Origin: an uncultured bacterium
Lineage (GTDB): Bacteria > Methylomirabilota > Methylomirabilia > Methylomirabilales > CSP1-5
NCBI GenBank assembly: GCA_964429865.1
Contig: CAYSDK010000003.1
Coordinates: 1 to 52,828 of the forward strand
Direction of reading: 5' to 3'
DNA: 52,828 bases
Of the stretch, positions 19,111-26,688 are shown one piece after another. How positions within the stretch are numbered: position 1 is the stretch's first letter; every line of letters starts with the position of its first letter. The notes beneath the pieces are model-generated. The model saw nothing but the letters and a program-made list of their open reading frames with translations. It ran no database searches and was not told where the DNA came from. Position numbers and translations under genes: made by a program.

Positions 19111-19875
19111 CTACAAGGTGAAACGCTCGCCCAGGTAGATCTCTCGAGCCTTTTGATCGGCGGCCAGCTCAGACGCCGTCCCCGACAACAGGACCTCTCC
19201 GTGATGGATGATATAGGCGCGGTCGACGGTCTGCAGGGTCTCCCGCACATTGTGATCGGTAATGAGGAGACCGATCCCCCGGCGCTTCAGCTCTATCAAT
19301 AGGGTCTGAAGATCGCAGACCGCAATGGGATCGATCCCGGCAAAGGGTTCATCCAGGAGGATAAAGGTCGGAGACGTCGCCAGGGCGCGCGCGATCTCGG
19401 TCCGCCGCCGCTCCCCCCCCGAGAGGCTATAGGCCGGTGCGTCGGCCAGGTGCGCGATGCTCAGTTCGTGGAGCAGATGATCTGCTCGCTCCATGCGCTC
19501 CGTCCCGTTCAGCGGAAGCATCTCGAGGACAGCCATCAGATTCTCCTTGACCGTCAGCCGGCGGAAGACCGATGCCTCCTGGGGGAGAAACCCGATCCCG
19601 CGCCGAGCCCGCTCGTAGACGGGCAGCGGGGTAATCTCTTCGCCGTTCAGCACCACACGACCGCGGTCAGGCCGGATCAGGCCAAGGATCATGTAGAAGG
19701 TCGTCGTTTTCCCCGCGCCGTTCGGTCCCAGCAGTCCGACCACCTCGCCCGGGCGGATAGCGATACTCACCCCCGAAACGACGCGCCTCTCCTTAAAGGC
19801 CTTGACCAAGTCCTCGGCCCGAAGACCATCCGCGGGAGCGTCCCTCCATGATCCGATGCTCGGCCCGTGGCTCAC
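19111..19875 (-). CDS. lptB: LPS export ABC transporter ATP-binding protein LptB
   Basis: Walker A GPNGAGKTT, signature LSGGERRR, Walker B ILLDEPFAGID. Synteny lptC-lptA-lptB-rpoN. Confidence 0.9.
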   Translation of the reverse strand: MSHGPSIGSWRDAPADGLRAEDLVKAFKERRVVSGVSIAIRPGEVVGLLGPNGAGKTTTFYMILGLIRPDRGRVVLNGEEITPLPVYERARRGIGFLPQEASVFRRLTVKENLMAVLEMLPLNGTERMERADHLLHELSIAHLADAPAYSLSGGERRRTEIARALATSPTFILLDEPFAGIDPIAVCDLQTLLIELKRRGIGLLITDHNVRETLQTVDRAYIIHHGEVLLSGTASELAADQKAREIYLGERFTL

Positions 19876-19885
19876 CGGCCTGACT

Positions 19886-20326
19886 TCACCTCGCCTGTTC
19901 CTGCTGCTGTTTCGGGTAGACCACGACGGTCACGCGTTCCCTCTCATCCCCCTGAACAACGGCTCTCCCTTCCAGCACGATCCGTTCCTGGAGGACGTCA
20001 TAGGTCGCCTGCTGGGACACCGCCCTGGTCCCATCGCTCCGGGAGACCTGCACGTTGCCGATCGCCACCACCCGTTCAACAGCTTCCATCTTCTCATCCC
20101 AGTCGAACTCCATTCGATCGGCCACGACGGTGAGGTCAGTCGTCGTCGCCACCACATTCCCGGTGTAGATCGCCCGGCGTTCTTTTCTCCTCACCTCCAG
20201 ATGATCGGCGGTCACGGTGGTGGGCCGTCCTGCGTCTTTGCCCTCGGACGGAATCTCGCCGGCCATCGTAGGCGTTGCACAGAGGAGGAGCAGGGCACCG
20301 CATGTCCATCCCGCGGAGCGCCTCAT
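19886..20326 (-). CDS. lptA: LptA-like periplasmic OstA-N domain protein
   Basis: Signal peptide, then V.ADHLEV......AIYTGNVV......L.ADRME pattern of the OstA/LptA beta-jellyroll. Position between lptC and lptB. Confidence 0.65.
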   Translation of the reverse strand: MRRSAGWTCGALLLLCATPTMAGEIPSEGKDAGRPTTVTADHLEVRRKERRAIYTGNVVATTTDLTVVADRMEFDWDEKMEAVERVVAIGNVQVSRSDGTRAVSQQATYDVLQERIVLEGRAVVQGDERERVTVVVYPKQQQEQAR

Positions 20327-20907
20327 CGCCGTTGATCCGCCCTTCCAGAGAGCGTGACCTGGGAGGCGATCCGTTCACGGATGATCATCCGCTCCAAGAC
20401 CGTGTCGGCCTCCATCCCCTTTCCCCGAATCTGGAATCCCGCCTTTTCGATGACGACGGGGGCGTCGGTCGTGATTTTCCGGTTCCCCGCGGACCAGTTC
20501 AGGGACTCGGAGAAGATCCGTGCCCCCTCGCTCGATTCACAGCGGACGCGGCCGCTGAGCTGGACGTTTTTGGTCTTGAGGTCCACGACGGCCTTGTCGG
20601 CGAAGCAGATCAACCGTTCCTCGCCCCGGTAGATGGTGATCTGCACGGGATGGACCACCCGAGTAAGGACAGCTATCCCGCGTTCCTCAAATACCTCCGC
20701 CCTGTCCGCCTCCACGTCCCACAGCCGCTCCCCCTTCCGTGTTTCTCTGATCCGAAAACGCTCGATGGCCGCATTAGGCCCCGAGCCCGAGGGAGCCTCA
20801 GTGGAAGGTCTCGCCTGTCCTGCTGCCACCTTCACACCCCCGGATCCGAGAAAAATCACCACCGCGAGAACGACTGCCACCACCATGGCACACAACGGGA
20901 GCCGCAT
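20323..20907 (-). CDS. lptC: LptC-like membrane-anchored LPS export protein
   Basis: Single N-terminal TM helix, 194 aa, 4-nt overlap with lptA. Call rests mainly on synteny. Confidence 0.6.
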   Translation of the reverse strand: MRLPLCAMVVAVVLAVVIFLGSGGVKVAAGQARPSTEAPSGSGPNAAIERFRIRETRKGERLWDVEADRAEVFEERGIAVLTRVVHPVQITIYRGEERLICFADKAVVDLKTKNVQLSGRVRCESSEGARIFSESLNWSAGNRKITTDAPVVIEKAGFQIRGKGMEADTVLERMIIRERIASQVTLSGRADQRR

Positions 20908-20991
20908 AGTGCATTTTCCATACCATAGTGGTTGGGGGGAAGTAAAGGGGAAAGCCGGGACCGCGCATGACGTCAGGACCCGAAGGAGGGA

Positions 20992-22161
20992 TCAGGCGAA
21001 GGCACTCAGGCCCGTGATGTCCCGGCCTAAGATGAGAGTATGGATTTCGTGTGTCCCCTCATAGGTATAGAGCGTCTCCAGGTTCAGCATGTGACGAATC
21101 ACCGGGTACTCGTCCACGATACCGGCAGCCCCGAGAATCTCCCGGGCCAGCCGGGCAATCTCCCTGGCCTTCTCCACGTTGTTCATCTTGGCCAGAGAGA
21201 TATGGGTATGATGGGCGCGACCCGCCCCTTTCAGTTGGCCGAGTCGGAGGCAGAGAAGCTGGGCCTTGGTGATTTCGGTGAGCATCCTGACCAGCTTCTG
21301 TTGCACCAGTTGAAATCCGGCGATGGGCCGACCAAACTGGACCCGGGCCTTGGCATACTTGAGGGCCGCGTCGTAGCAGGCCGTGGCCGCGCCCACGGCT
21401 CCCCAGGCGATGCCGTACCGCGCCTGATCGAGGCACATGAAGGCCGCCTTCAGCCCCTGCTCGCTCCCGGGGAGGAGGTTTGCGCTGGGAATGCGACAAT
21501 CCTGGAAGATGAGCTCGGAGGTGATCGAGGCACGGAGAGAAAATTTCCCGTGGATCTCACGTGCGCTGAATCCCGGGGTCCCCTTCTCGACCAAGAAGCC
21601 GCGAATCCCTTCCTCGGTCCGGGCCCACACCACCGCGACATCGGCGATGGTCCCATTGGTAATCCAGAGCTTGCTCCCATTCAGCACGTAGCCGTCGCCC
21701 CGTCGGACGGCCTTGGTGACCATGCCCGCCGGATCCGAGCCATGGTCAGGCTCGGTGAGCCCGAAACACCCGACCTTTTCGCCCCTCGCGAGGCGCGGAA
21801 GCCAATCTATCTTCTGCGTCTCGGTCCCGAAGGCGTAGATCGGATACATGGCCAGGGCCCCCTGGACTGAGGCAAAGCTCCTGAGGCCGCTATCCCCTCG
21901 CTCGAGCTCCTGCATGATGAGCCCGTAGGCAATGTCACTGATCCCAGCACACCCGTAGCCGTGAAGATTGGCCCCCAACATCCCCAGTGCCCCCAGGCGT
22001 GGGATGAGCTCCACCGGGAATGTTCCCCGTCGGTGATGGGCCTCGATGAGTGGGAGGACCTCGGCGTCGACGAAGGCGCGGACCGTCTCTCGGACCAGGC
22101 GTTCCTCGTCCGAATACACCTCATCCACGCGATAGTAATCAAGGCCAGTGAATGGCTCCAT
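20992..22161 (-). CDS. gcdH: Acyl-CoA dehydrogenase, glutaryl-CoA dehydrogenase-like
   Basis: GYGCAG, ELERGDSGLRSFASVQ, CFGLTEPDHGSDPAGM, WITNG and C-terminal YEGTHEIH motifs match the GCDH subfamily pattern as I recall it. Confidence 0.8.
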   Translation of the reverse strand: MEPFTGLDYYRVDEVYSDEERLVRETVRAFVDAEVLPLIEAHHRRGTFPVELIPRLGALGMLGANLHGYGCAGISDIAYGLIMQELERGDSGLRSFASVQGALAMYPIYAFGTETQKIDWLPRLARGEKVGCFGLTEPDHGSDPAGMVTKAVRRGDGYVLNGSKLWITNGTIADVAVVWARTEEGIRGFLVEKGTPGFSAREIHGKFSLRASITSELIFQDCRIPSANLLPGSEQGLKAAFMCLDQARYGIAWGAVGAATACYDAALKYAKARVQFGRPIAGFQLVQQKLVRMLTEITKAQLLCLRLGQLKGAGRAHHTHISLAKMNNVEKAREIARLAREILGAAGIVDEYPVIRHMLNLETLYTYEGTHEIHTLILGRDITGLSAFA

Positions 22162-22384
22162 GGTGATCTCTACGAGAGAATGGGAGATGGCTCAAGAGAG
22201 CAAGATACCACGACCGCTCAGGGAAGACAACCCTCGGTCCCGTCCCTGAGGGAGGGGGGAATACCCTGATTCGATCTTCTCAGGGTGCGAAGGCCACTGC
22301 CGCCCTCATCCGCTACGCTTGGTGTGACGAGCCTCGATGCCGCGACCTCCTTCGACTCCGATGATCTCCATTATTATAAATACG

Positions 22385-22407
22385 GCTGGGGGGAGTCCCC
22401 CCCCAGC
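22385..22407 (-). terminator. GC-rich hairpin (9-bp stem, 5-nt loop) with AU-rich tail, rho-independent-terminator-like
   Basis: Minus-strand RNA reads GCUGGGGGG-GGACU-CCCCCCAGC, followed by CGUAUUUAUAAUAAU. It starts 12 nt after the stop of micro-ORF 1. The tail is AU-rich rather than a clean U-run. Confidence 0.5.
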
Positions 22408-22419
22408 GAGGCATCATCC

Positions 22420-22458
22420 TTATTTCTTTTTCTTGCCAGCCTTCTTTTTCTTCGCCAT
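22420..22458 (-). CDS. 12-codon poly-lysine micro-ORF 1 (MAKKKKAGKKKK)
   Basis: ATG GCG AAG AAA AAG AAG GCT GGC AAG AAA AAG AAA TAA. SD GGGGGTGA lies 6 nt upstream. It is a duplicate of micro-ORF 2 and differs almost only at third codon positions. Too short for the ORF track. Confidence 0.4.
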   Translation of the reverse strand: MAKKKKAGKKKK

Positions 22459-22530
22459 CCAGTCTCACCCCCTTTCATTGCAGGGTATCCCCGCATCTGC
22501 GCAAATCACCACCTCGATCTCTTCTCTCAT

Positions 22531-22569
22531 CTATCTCTTCTTCTTGCCAGCCTTCTTCTTCTTTGCCAT
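22531..22569 (-). CDS. 12-codon poly-lysine micro-ORF 2 (MAKKKKAGKKKR)
   Basis: ATG GCA AAG AAG AAG AAG GCT GGC AAG AAG AAG AGA TAG. Same SD (GGGGGTGA, 6-nt spacer). Begins 59 nt after the HEPN stop on the same strand. Confidence 0.4.
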   Translation of the reverse strand: MAKKKKAGKKKR

Positions 22570-22628
22570 TCAGTCTCACCCCCTTTCCTCGCATCCCCCG
22601 CGACCCTGTCCGGGGGACGGGCTATACA

Positions 22629-23078
22629 CTATAAGAGGCGCGCCTGAGGGTCCTTCGCATAGACGCGCTTGGCTACGACCCCGACCCATTGTTCGGCGAT
22701 GTTCAGCGTCGACTCGAGCTCATACAAGGAAATCGGGCGATCTGCCCATTCCAAGAAATGCTGCCCCTTCTTCCGGACCTGCTCGAGGTCGTCGAGCGTG
22801 GAGCCCTCGCCCTCACCGATAAGGGAGCCGGCAGTTTGGAGGAGCGTTCGCGTTTGATCCCGTCCCCTGGGACGGAGGCCTTCCGCCAGCATGAGGGCGC
22901 GAGCTGCTCGGAGAACGGCGTGTGCGGCAACGACATACGCCCATTCTGCATCGGTCCCCACCACGGCCTGCGCCGTCTTGAGGTCCTTCTGCGCCCTGGC
23001 CATGAGACGATTAGCCCCGGGCAGGTCCGGATCGACCGCCTCCACCAAGCCTTTTGCCTTGAGTTGCTCAAAGATCAT
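22629..23078 (-). CDS. HEPN domain protein (putative toxin of a HEPN/nucleotidyltransferase pair)
   Basis: 149-aa all-helical protein with an R-x4-H motif (RKKGQH) near the C-terminal third. The start overlaps the upstream NTase-like gene by 11 nt, a TA-like coupling. Confidence 0.7.
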   Translation of the reverse strand: MIFEQLKAKGLVEAVDPDLPGANRLMARAQKDLKTAQAVVGTDAEWAYVVAAHAVLRAARALMLAEGLRPRGRDQTRTLLQTAGSLIGEGEGSTLDDLEQVRKKGQHFLEWADRPISLYELESTLNIAEQWVGVVAKRVYAKDPQARLL

Positions 23079-23628
23079 GGACTGACCCGATCAGGGGAAT
23101 CGTCCTCCCCTGCAGAACCTCCCGCAGGAAAGGGTCCCCCTCCGCCTTTCGCCGCTGGAGCTCCCGCTCGTCAAAGACCAGGTAATTGATACTCCGGCCG
23201 ATGCGGAGCTCCAGGGCCGCCACCACCCGATTCAATTGCGCCATGTGAGGCCGCCCCATCACCAACACGTCAATGGCCCCACCCTCCGGGACCTCGGGTT
23301 TGCTGAAGAGAAGGGCCACCCGGATTCCAGCCACACCCCGAAGCGCTTCGCCGATCGCCTGGGGAACCCCTCGCGTCTTATCAATCATGGCCTTGAGTTC
23401 TGGATAGAGAGGGAAGGTCTTGTTGACGATGTAGTAGCGGAGATTGCCAACCTTGCTGCTCGTGAGGAGGCCTGCCTTCTCCAAATTATCCAGCTCCCGC
23501 TTGATCCCTGAGATATCGCGCTTGAGCTCCCTGGAAATTTCCCTCACGTAATATCGTTGGTCTTGACGGCTCAAAAACAGTTCGAGCAATTGCACCCGGG
23601 TTTCAGACGAAAAGAGCCTATCCAGCAT
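23068..23628 (-). CDS. Winged-helix (ArsR-like) transcriptional regulator fused to a minimal nucleotidyltransferase-like domain
   Basis: N-terminus LFSSETRVQLLELFL....YYVREISREL....SGIKRELDNLEKAGLL.S.KVGNLRYY is wHTH. The C-terminus resembles an MNT fold, but the G[GS]...D-x-[DE] motif is degenerate (LFSKPEVPEGGAIDVLVMG). Confidence 0.7.
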   Translation of the reverse strand: MLDRLFSSETRVQLLELFLSRQDQRYYVREISRELKRDISGIKRELDNLEKAGLLTSSKVGNLRYYIVNKTFPLYPELKAMIDKTRGVPQAIGEALRGVAGIRVALLFSKPEVPEGGAIDVLVMGRPHMAQLNRVVAALELRIGRSINYLVFDERELQRRKAEGDPFLREVLQGRTIPLIGSVHDL

Positions 23629-23650
23629 CCGAGTTCGCCCTTTGATGACA

Positions 23651-23680
23651 TAAATACATCATAAGTTATTTTTGTGTCAA
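23651..23680 (-). promoter_or_regulatory. Candidate sigma-70 promoter of the wHTH-NTase/HEPN operon
   Basis: Minus strand has TTGACA (23680-23675), an 18-nt spacer, then TATTTA (23656-23651), in a locally AT-rich stretch about 25 nt upstream of the ATG. The -10 is weak (3 of 6). Confidence 0.3.
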
Positions 23681-23995
23681 CAGTTTTTTTGCGTCTCCCC
23701 CCAAAAATCCTATCCAAGCCGCTAGATACCTCTTTTTGGTTCAGAGTGGTTCTTGAGACCGGCGGGAACTCCACAGCAAACCTGGGGTCATCTTCGACGG
23801 GCGTGACAGAGTCGGCTTGGTGCCATGATCTTCGACGAAATCCGAAAGGACTAACACCGCGGCTTAACTAGAGGAATCAAGGCTATTCCGGAGCCAAGGC
23901 TGCTCAGGTGGGCGAACCAGGCCAGTCCACCCCCCTCAAAGCCAAAAGCGAACACACCGTTGACGAATTGTACCACAATCCAAAACCTGCCTTCC

Positions 23996-25000
23996 TCACC
24001 CGTCCTCCCGCGCCTCTCCCAGCGTCTCCCCGGGCGCCTCGGGTTCCCCAAAGAAGAGCGGGCGCTCGAAGCTTCGATGAAAAACGGTCCACCCTTCCCG
24101 ATACGGGTCGCGGTGATGTCTGGCCAGCTTCAAGAAGAGGTTGATCTTCCCATCCAGGTTCTCCACCGCATGCAGAATCATGGCCTCCACCGTCTTCGGC
24201 CGCCGTGGCGATCCCCACGCGTACTCCCCATGATGGCTCAGGATGTTGTGCAGCAGCTCCAGCCGGAGTCCCGGCGGGAAGTCGGGGATCTGTTCGATCT
24301 GTTCGTCAACAAGGAGCACGCCCTGGGTGATATGACCCAGCAGCCGCCCTGCATCCGAGTAATCGAACCCGCGTTCCCACCTGAGTTCACGGATCTTGCC
24401 CACATCATGGAGGATCGCGCTGGCGAGGAGCAACTCCCGATCGACGACCCCTCCGTAATGGGCGGCGATGGTTTCGCACAACCTCACCACCGATACGGTG
24501 TGCTCCAGCAACCCTCCGAGGTACGCGTGGTGAAGCTCCTTGGCCGCCGGGGCGGCGGCAAAGGCCTCGCCGAAGCCTTCCGCCTCGAAGATGCTCGTGA
24601 GGAGACGCCTGAGCGGCTCGTTCGTGAAGGCGTGGATCGTCTGGGTGAGACAGGCGAGCATCGAGGGCACATCGGCGGTGGTCGAGGGAAGAAAGTCACG
24701 GAGGGCGGCCTCGTCCTCCCGCGCCAGGCGGAGCCGCTGAATGGTGAGTTGCAATCCTCCCTGGTAACTCCCCACGACGCCCTGCACCTTCACCAGATCC
24801 CCCTCTCGGATCTGTTCCCCGACACCGTCCGTGTCTTCCCACATCACCGCGGGAAGCTCCCCTGTCCCATCGCTGAGCACAAGCGTCACAAACGGTTCGC
24901 CTGTCTTGCGGAGGCGGCGCTGGGGGTTTCGCACCTGAAAAAAGGAGGTCACGGGTTCGTTGAGCTTCAAATCTTTGACGGCCACCCGCTCCACCGTCAT
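23996..25000 (-). CDS. OB-fold + HD-domain 3'-5' exoribonuclease (YhaM-like)
   Basis: N-terminal OB fold (FVTLVLSDGTGELPAVMWED...GDLVKVQGVV), then HD domain (HHAYLGGLLEHT, AILHDVGK, LSHHGE). I chose the ATG at 25000 (MTVERVAVKDL) because the 25165 start would overlap fadD. Confidence 0.75.
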   Translation of the reverse strand: MTVERVAVKDLKLNEPVTSFFQVRNPQRRLRKTGEPFVTLVLSDGTGELPAVMWEDTDGVGEQIREGDLVKVQGVVGSYQGGLQLTIQRLRLAREDEAALRDFLPSTTADVPSMLACLTQTIHAFTNEPLRRLLTSIFEAEGFGEAFAAAPAAKELHHAYLGGLLEHTVSVVRLCETIAAHYGGVVDRELLLASAILHDVGKIRELRWERGFDYSDAGRLLGHITQGVLLVDEQIEQIPDFPPGLRLELLHNILSHHGEYAWGSPRRPKTVEAMILHAVENLDGKINLFLKLARHHRDPYREGWTVFHRSFERPLFFGEPEAPGETLGEAREDG

Positions 25001-25019
25001 GGTATTCCCTCGATGGTCA

Positions 25020-26540
25020 TCACAACTGGCCACGGGCTCCGAGCTGCTGGCGCAGGATCTTCCCGGAGATCGTCCTCGGCAAAGCCTCACAAAATTCAAG
25101 ATCGCGAGGGATCTTGAAGGAAGCCAGACGCTCTCGGGCAAACCGCAAAAGCTCATGCCGCGCACAGGAGGCCCCGGGTCTCAAGACGACATAGGCCTTT
25201 GGGGCCTCGCCACGCGTCGCATCGGGAACGCCAATCACCACCGCTTCGGCTACGGCAGGATGGGCCGCCAGCACCTCCTCGACCTCTCGAGGATACACGT
25301 TGAGACCGCCAACGATGATCAGATCCTTCTTCCGGTCGACAATGTAGAAGTATCCATCGTCATCGCGGCGGCCGAGATCTCCGGTGCGGAGCCATCCCTC
25401 CTTCAGGACCTCCGCGGTGGCGTCAGGCCGGTTGAGATACCCCAACATGATGTTCGAACCCCGGGCGATGATCTCTCCCACCGCTCCATCGGTGACCTCT
25501 CGCCCCTCCTCATCGAGCACCTTGAGCTCGATGCCAGGAAGGGGTTTTCCCACTGACCCGACCTTCCGTGGTCCCAAGAGCGGATTTTCGGTCAAGACGG
25601 GAGCGGCCTCGGTGAGTCCGTATCCTTCGTAGATGAGGATCCCGTAGCGCTCCTCAAATCGGCGGAGGGTCTCGAGGGGGAGTGGGGCTCCTCCTGAAAT
25701 GGCGAAACGCACGCGTGAGAGATCCACGGACAGCGGGGGAAGTTGGGCCCAGAGGGCATACATCGACGGGACCGCGGCAAAGACCGTGACCCGTTGCTCG
25801 GCCATCACCCGCATGGTCTGGTCGGGGATGAAGCGAGGCTCGAGCACGATTGCCGCCCCGATGTCCAGCGGAAAGAGCATGAGGACGGTGGCGCCATAGG
25901 AGTGAAAGAGGGGAAGGACACAGAGGAACACGTCCCGCTCATCACAGGGGGCGATCTGTCGGAACGCGCTCATGTTGCTTAACAAGTTCTCATGGGAGAG
26001 GAGCGCTCCCTTGGGCCGCCCAGTGGTTCCGGAGGTGTAGAGGCAGACCGCGACTTCGTGCGGCTCAGGAGCCGTGACTTCCCCCGTCTCTCGGAGGAGG
26101 TCCGGACCGCCGATGATCCCGGAATTCACTCCGCCACTCTCACCGTCCAGAACGACCACCTGTATGGGTCGACTAAGCTTCTCGCGGGCTGCCTCTATAA
26201 CCGGCAGGAACATCCGGCTGGTGACGATCCGGCGGGTCGCGGCATCCTCCAGGATGTATCGAACCTCCTCACCCTTGTAGAGCACATTCAGCGGCACCAC
26301 GGTTCCCCGGGCCGCCAGGATGCCGAAATAGACCTGGACGAACTCGGGGACGTTCGGCAGCATGAGGCCAACCCGCTCCCCCGGCTCGACCCCGAGCCGA
26401 CGAAAGCCGGCTCCCAGGCGCCTCACGACCTCCCAGAGCTCTCCGTAGGTGAGCGACCGGTCGCCGCTGATGAGCGCCGTTCTCGTGGCAAACTTTTCCG
26501 TCGATCTCTGCAGGAGGTCGAGCAAGTTCACGATGCGCAC
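25020..26540 (-). CDS. fadD: Long-chain-fatty-acid--CoA ligase (AMP-binding enzyme)
   Basis: AMP-binding signature LYTSGTTGRPKGALLSHENL, YGLTE, TGDLGRRDDDGYFYIVDRKKD, and C-terminal SGKILR. Confidence 0.85.
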   Translation of the reverse strand: MRIVNLLDLLQRSTEKFATRTALISGDRSLTYGELWEVVRRLGAGFRRLGVEPGERVGLMLPNVPEFVQVYFGILAARGTVVPLNVLYKGEEVRYILEDAATRRIVTSRMFLPVIEAAREKLSRPIQVVVLDGESGGVNSGIIGGPDLLRETGEVTAPEPHEVAVCLYTSGTTGRPKGALLSHENLLSNMSAFRQIAPCDERDVFLCVLPLFHSYGATVLMLFPLDIGAAIVLEPRFIPDQTMRVMAEQRVTVFAAVPSMYALWAQLPPLSVDLSRVRFAISGGAPLPLETLRRFEERYGILIYEGYGLTEAAPVLTENPLLGPRKVGSVGKPLPGIELKVLDEEGREVTDGAVGEIIARGSNIMLGYLNRPDATAEVLKEGWLRTGDLGRRDDDGYFYIVDRKKDLIIVGGLNVYPREVEEVLAAHPAVAEAVVIGVPDATRGEAPKAYVVLRPGASCARHELLRFARERLASFKIPRDLEFCEALPRTISGKILRQQLGARGQL

Positions 26541-26688
26541 CTCAGCCGCGAACTGCCCGGGATGCTAGCAGAGGCCCCAAGACAAGTCAACGAACCGCTG
26601 AAGCTCACAGGGGTCACTCCTCTCTGCCGAGATGGATGGCGATACGGCCGCTCGACTTCATCGCATTCCCGTGATAGTAGACCCAAGG

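Larger units (their letters stand above)
22420..22587 (-). repeat. Two copies of a 57-nt direct repeat (SD + micro-ORF unit), period 111 nt
   Basis: Copy A is 22420-22476 and copy B is 22531-22587. Their consensus on the minus strand is GAAAGGGGGTGAGACTGRATGGCRAAGAARAAGAAGGCTGGCAAGAARAAGARATAR. Confidence 0.85.

Noticed and set aside
22285-22822. Plus-strand ORFs (120 and 161 aa) containing repeated LPAFFFFAIQSHPLS segments
   Set aside because: They are the antisense reading of the AAG/AAA-rich micro-ORF repeat and lack an SD. They overlap the 3' end of the HEPN gene, and the repeated poly-Phe sequence is implausible. The minus-strand reading has canonical SD-ATG geometry.
23881-23935. SRP (4.5S) RNA-like motif CCGGAGCCAAGGCTGC
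   Set aside because: There is only a superficial resemblance to the domain IV sequence (GGAAGCAGCCAAGGCAG). The conserved GGAA tetraloop context and the symmetric/asymmetric loop partners are absent on both strands.
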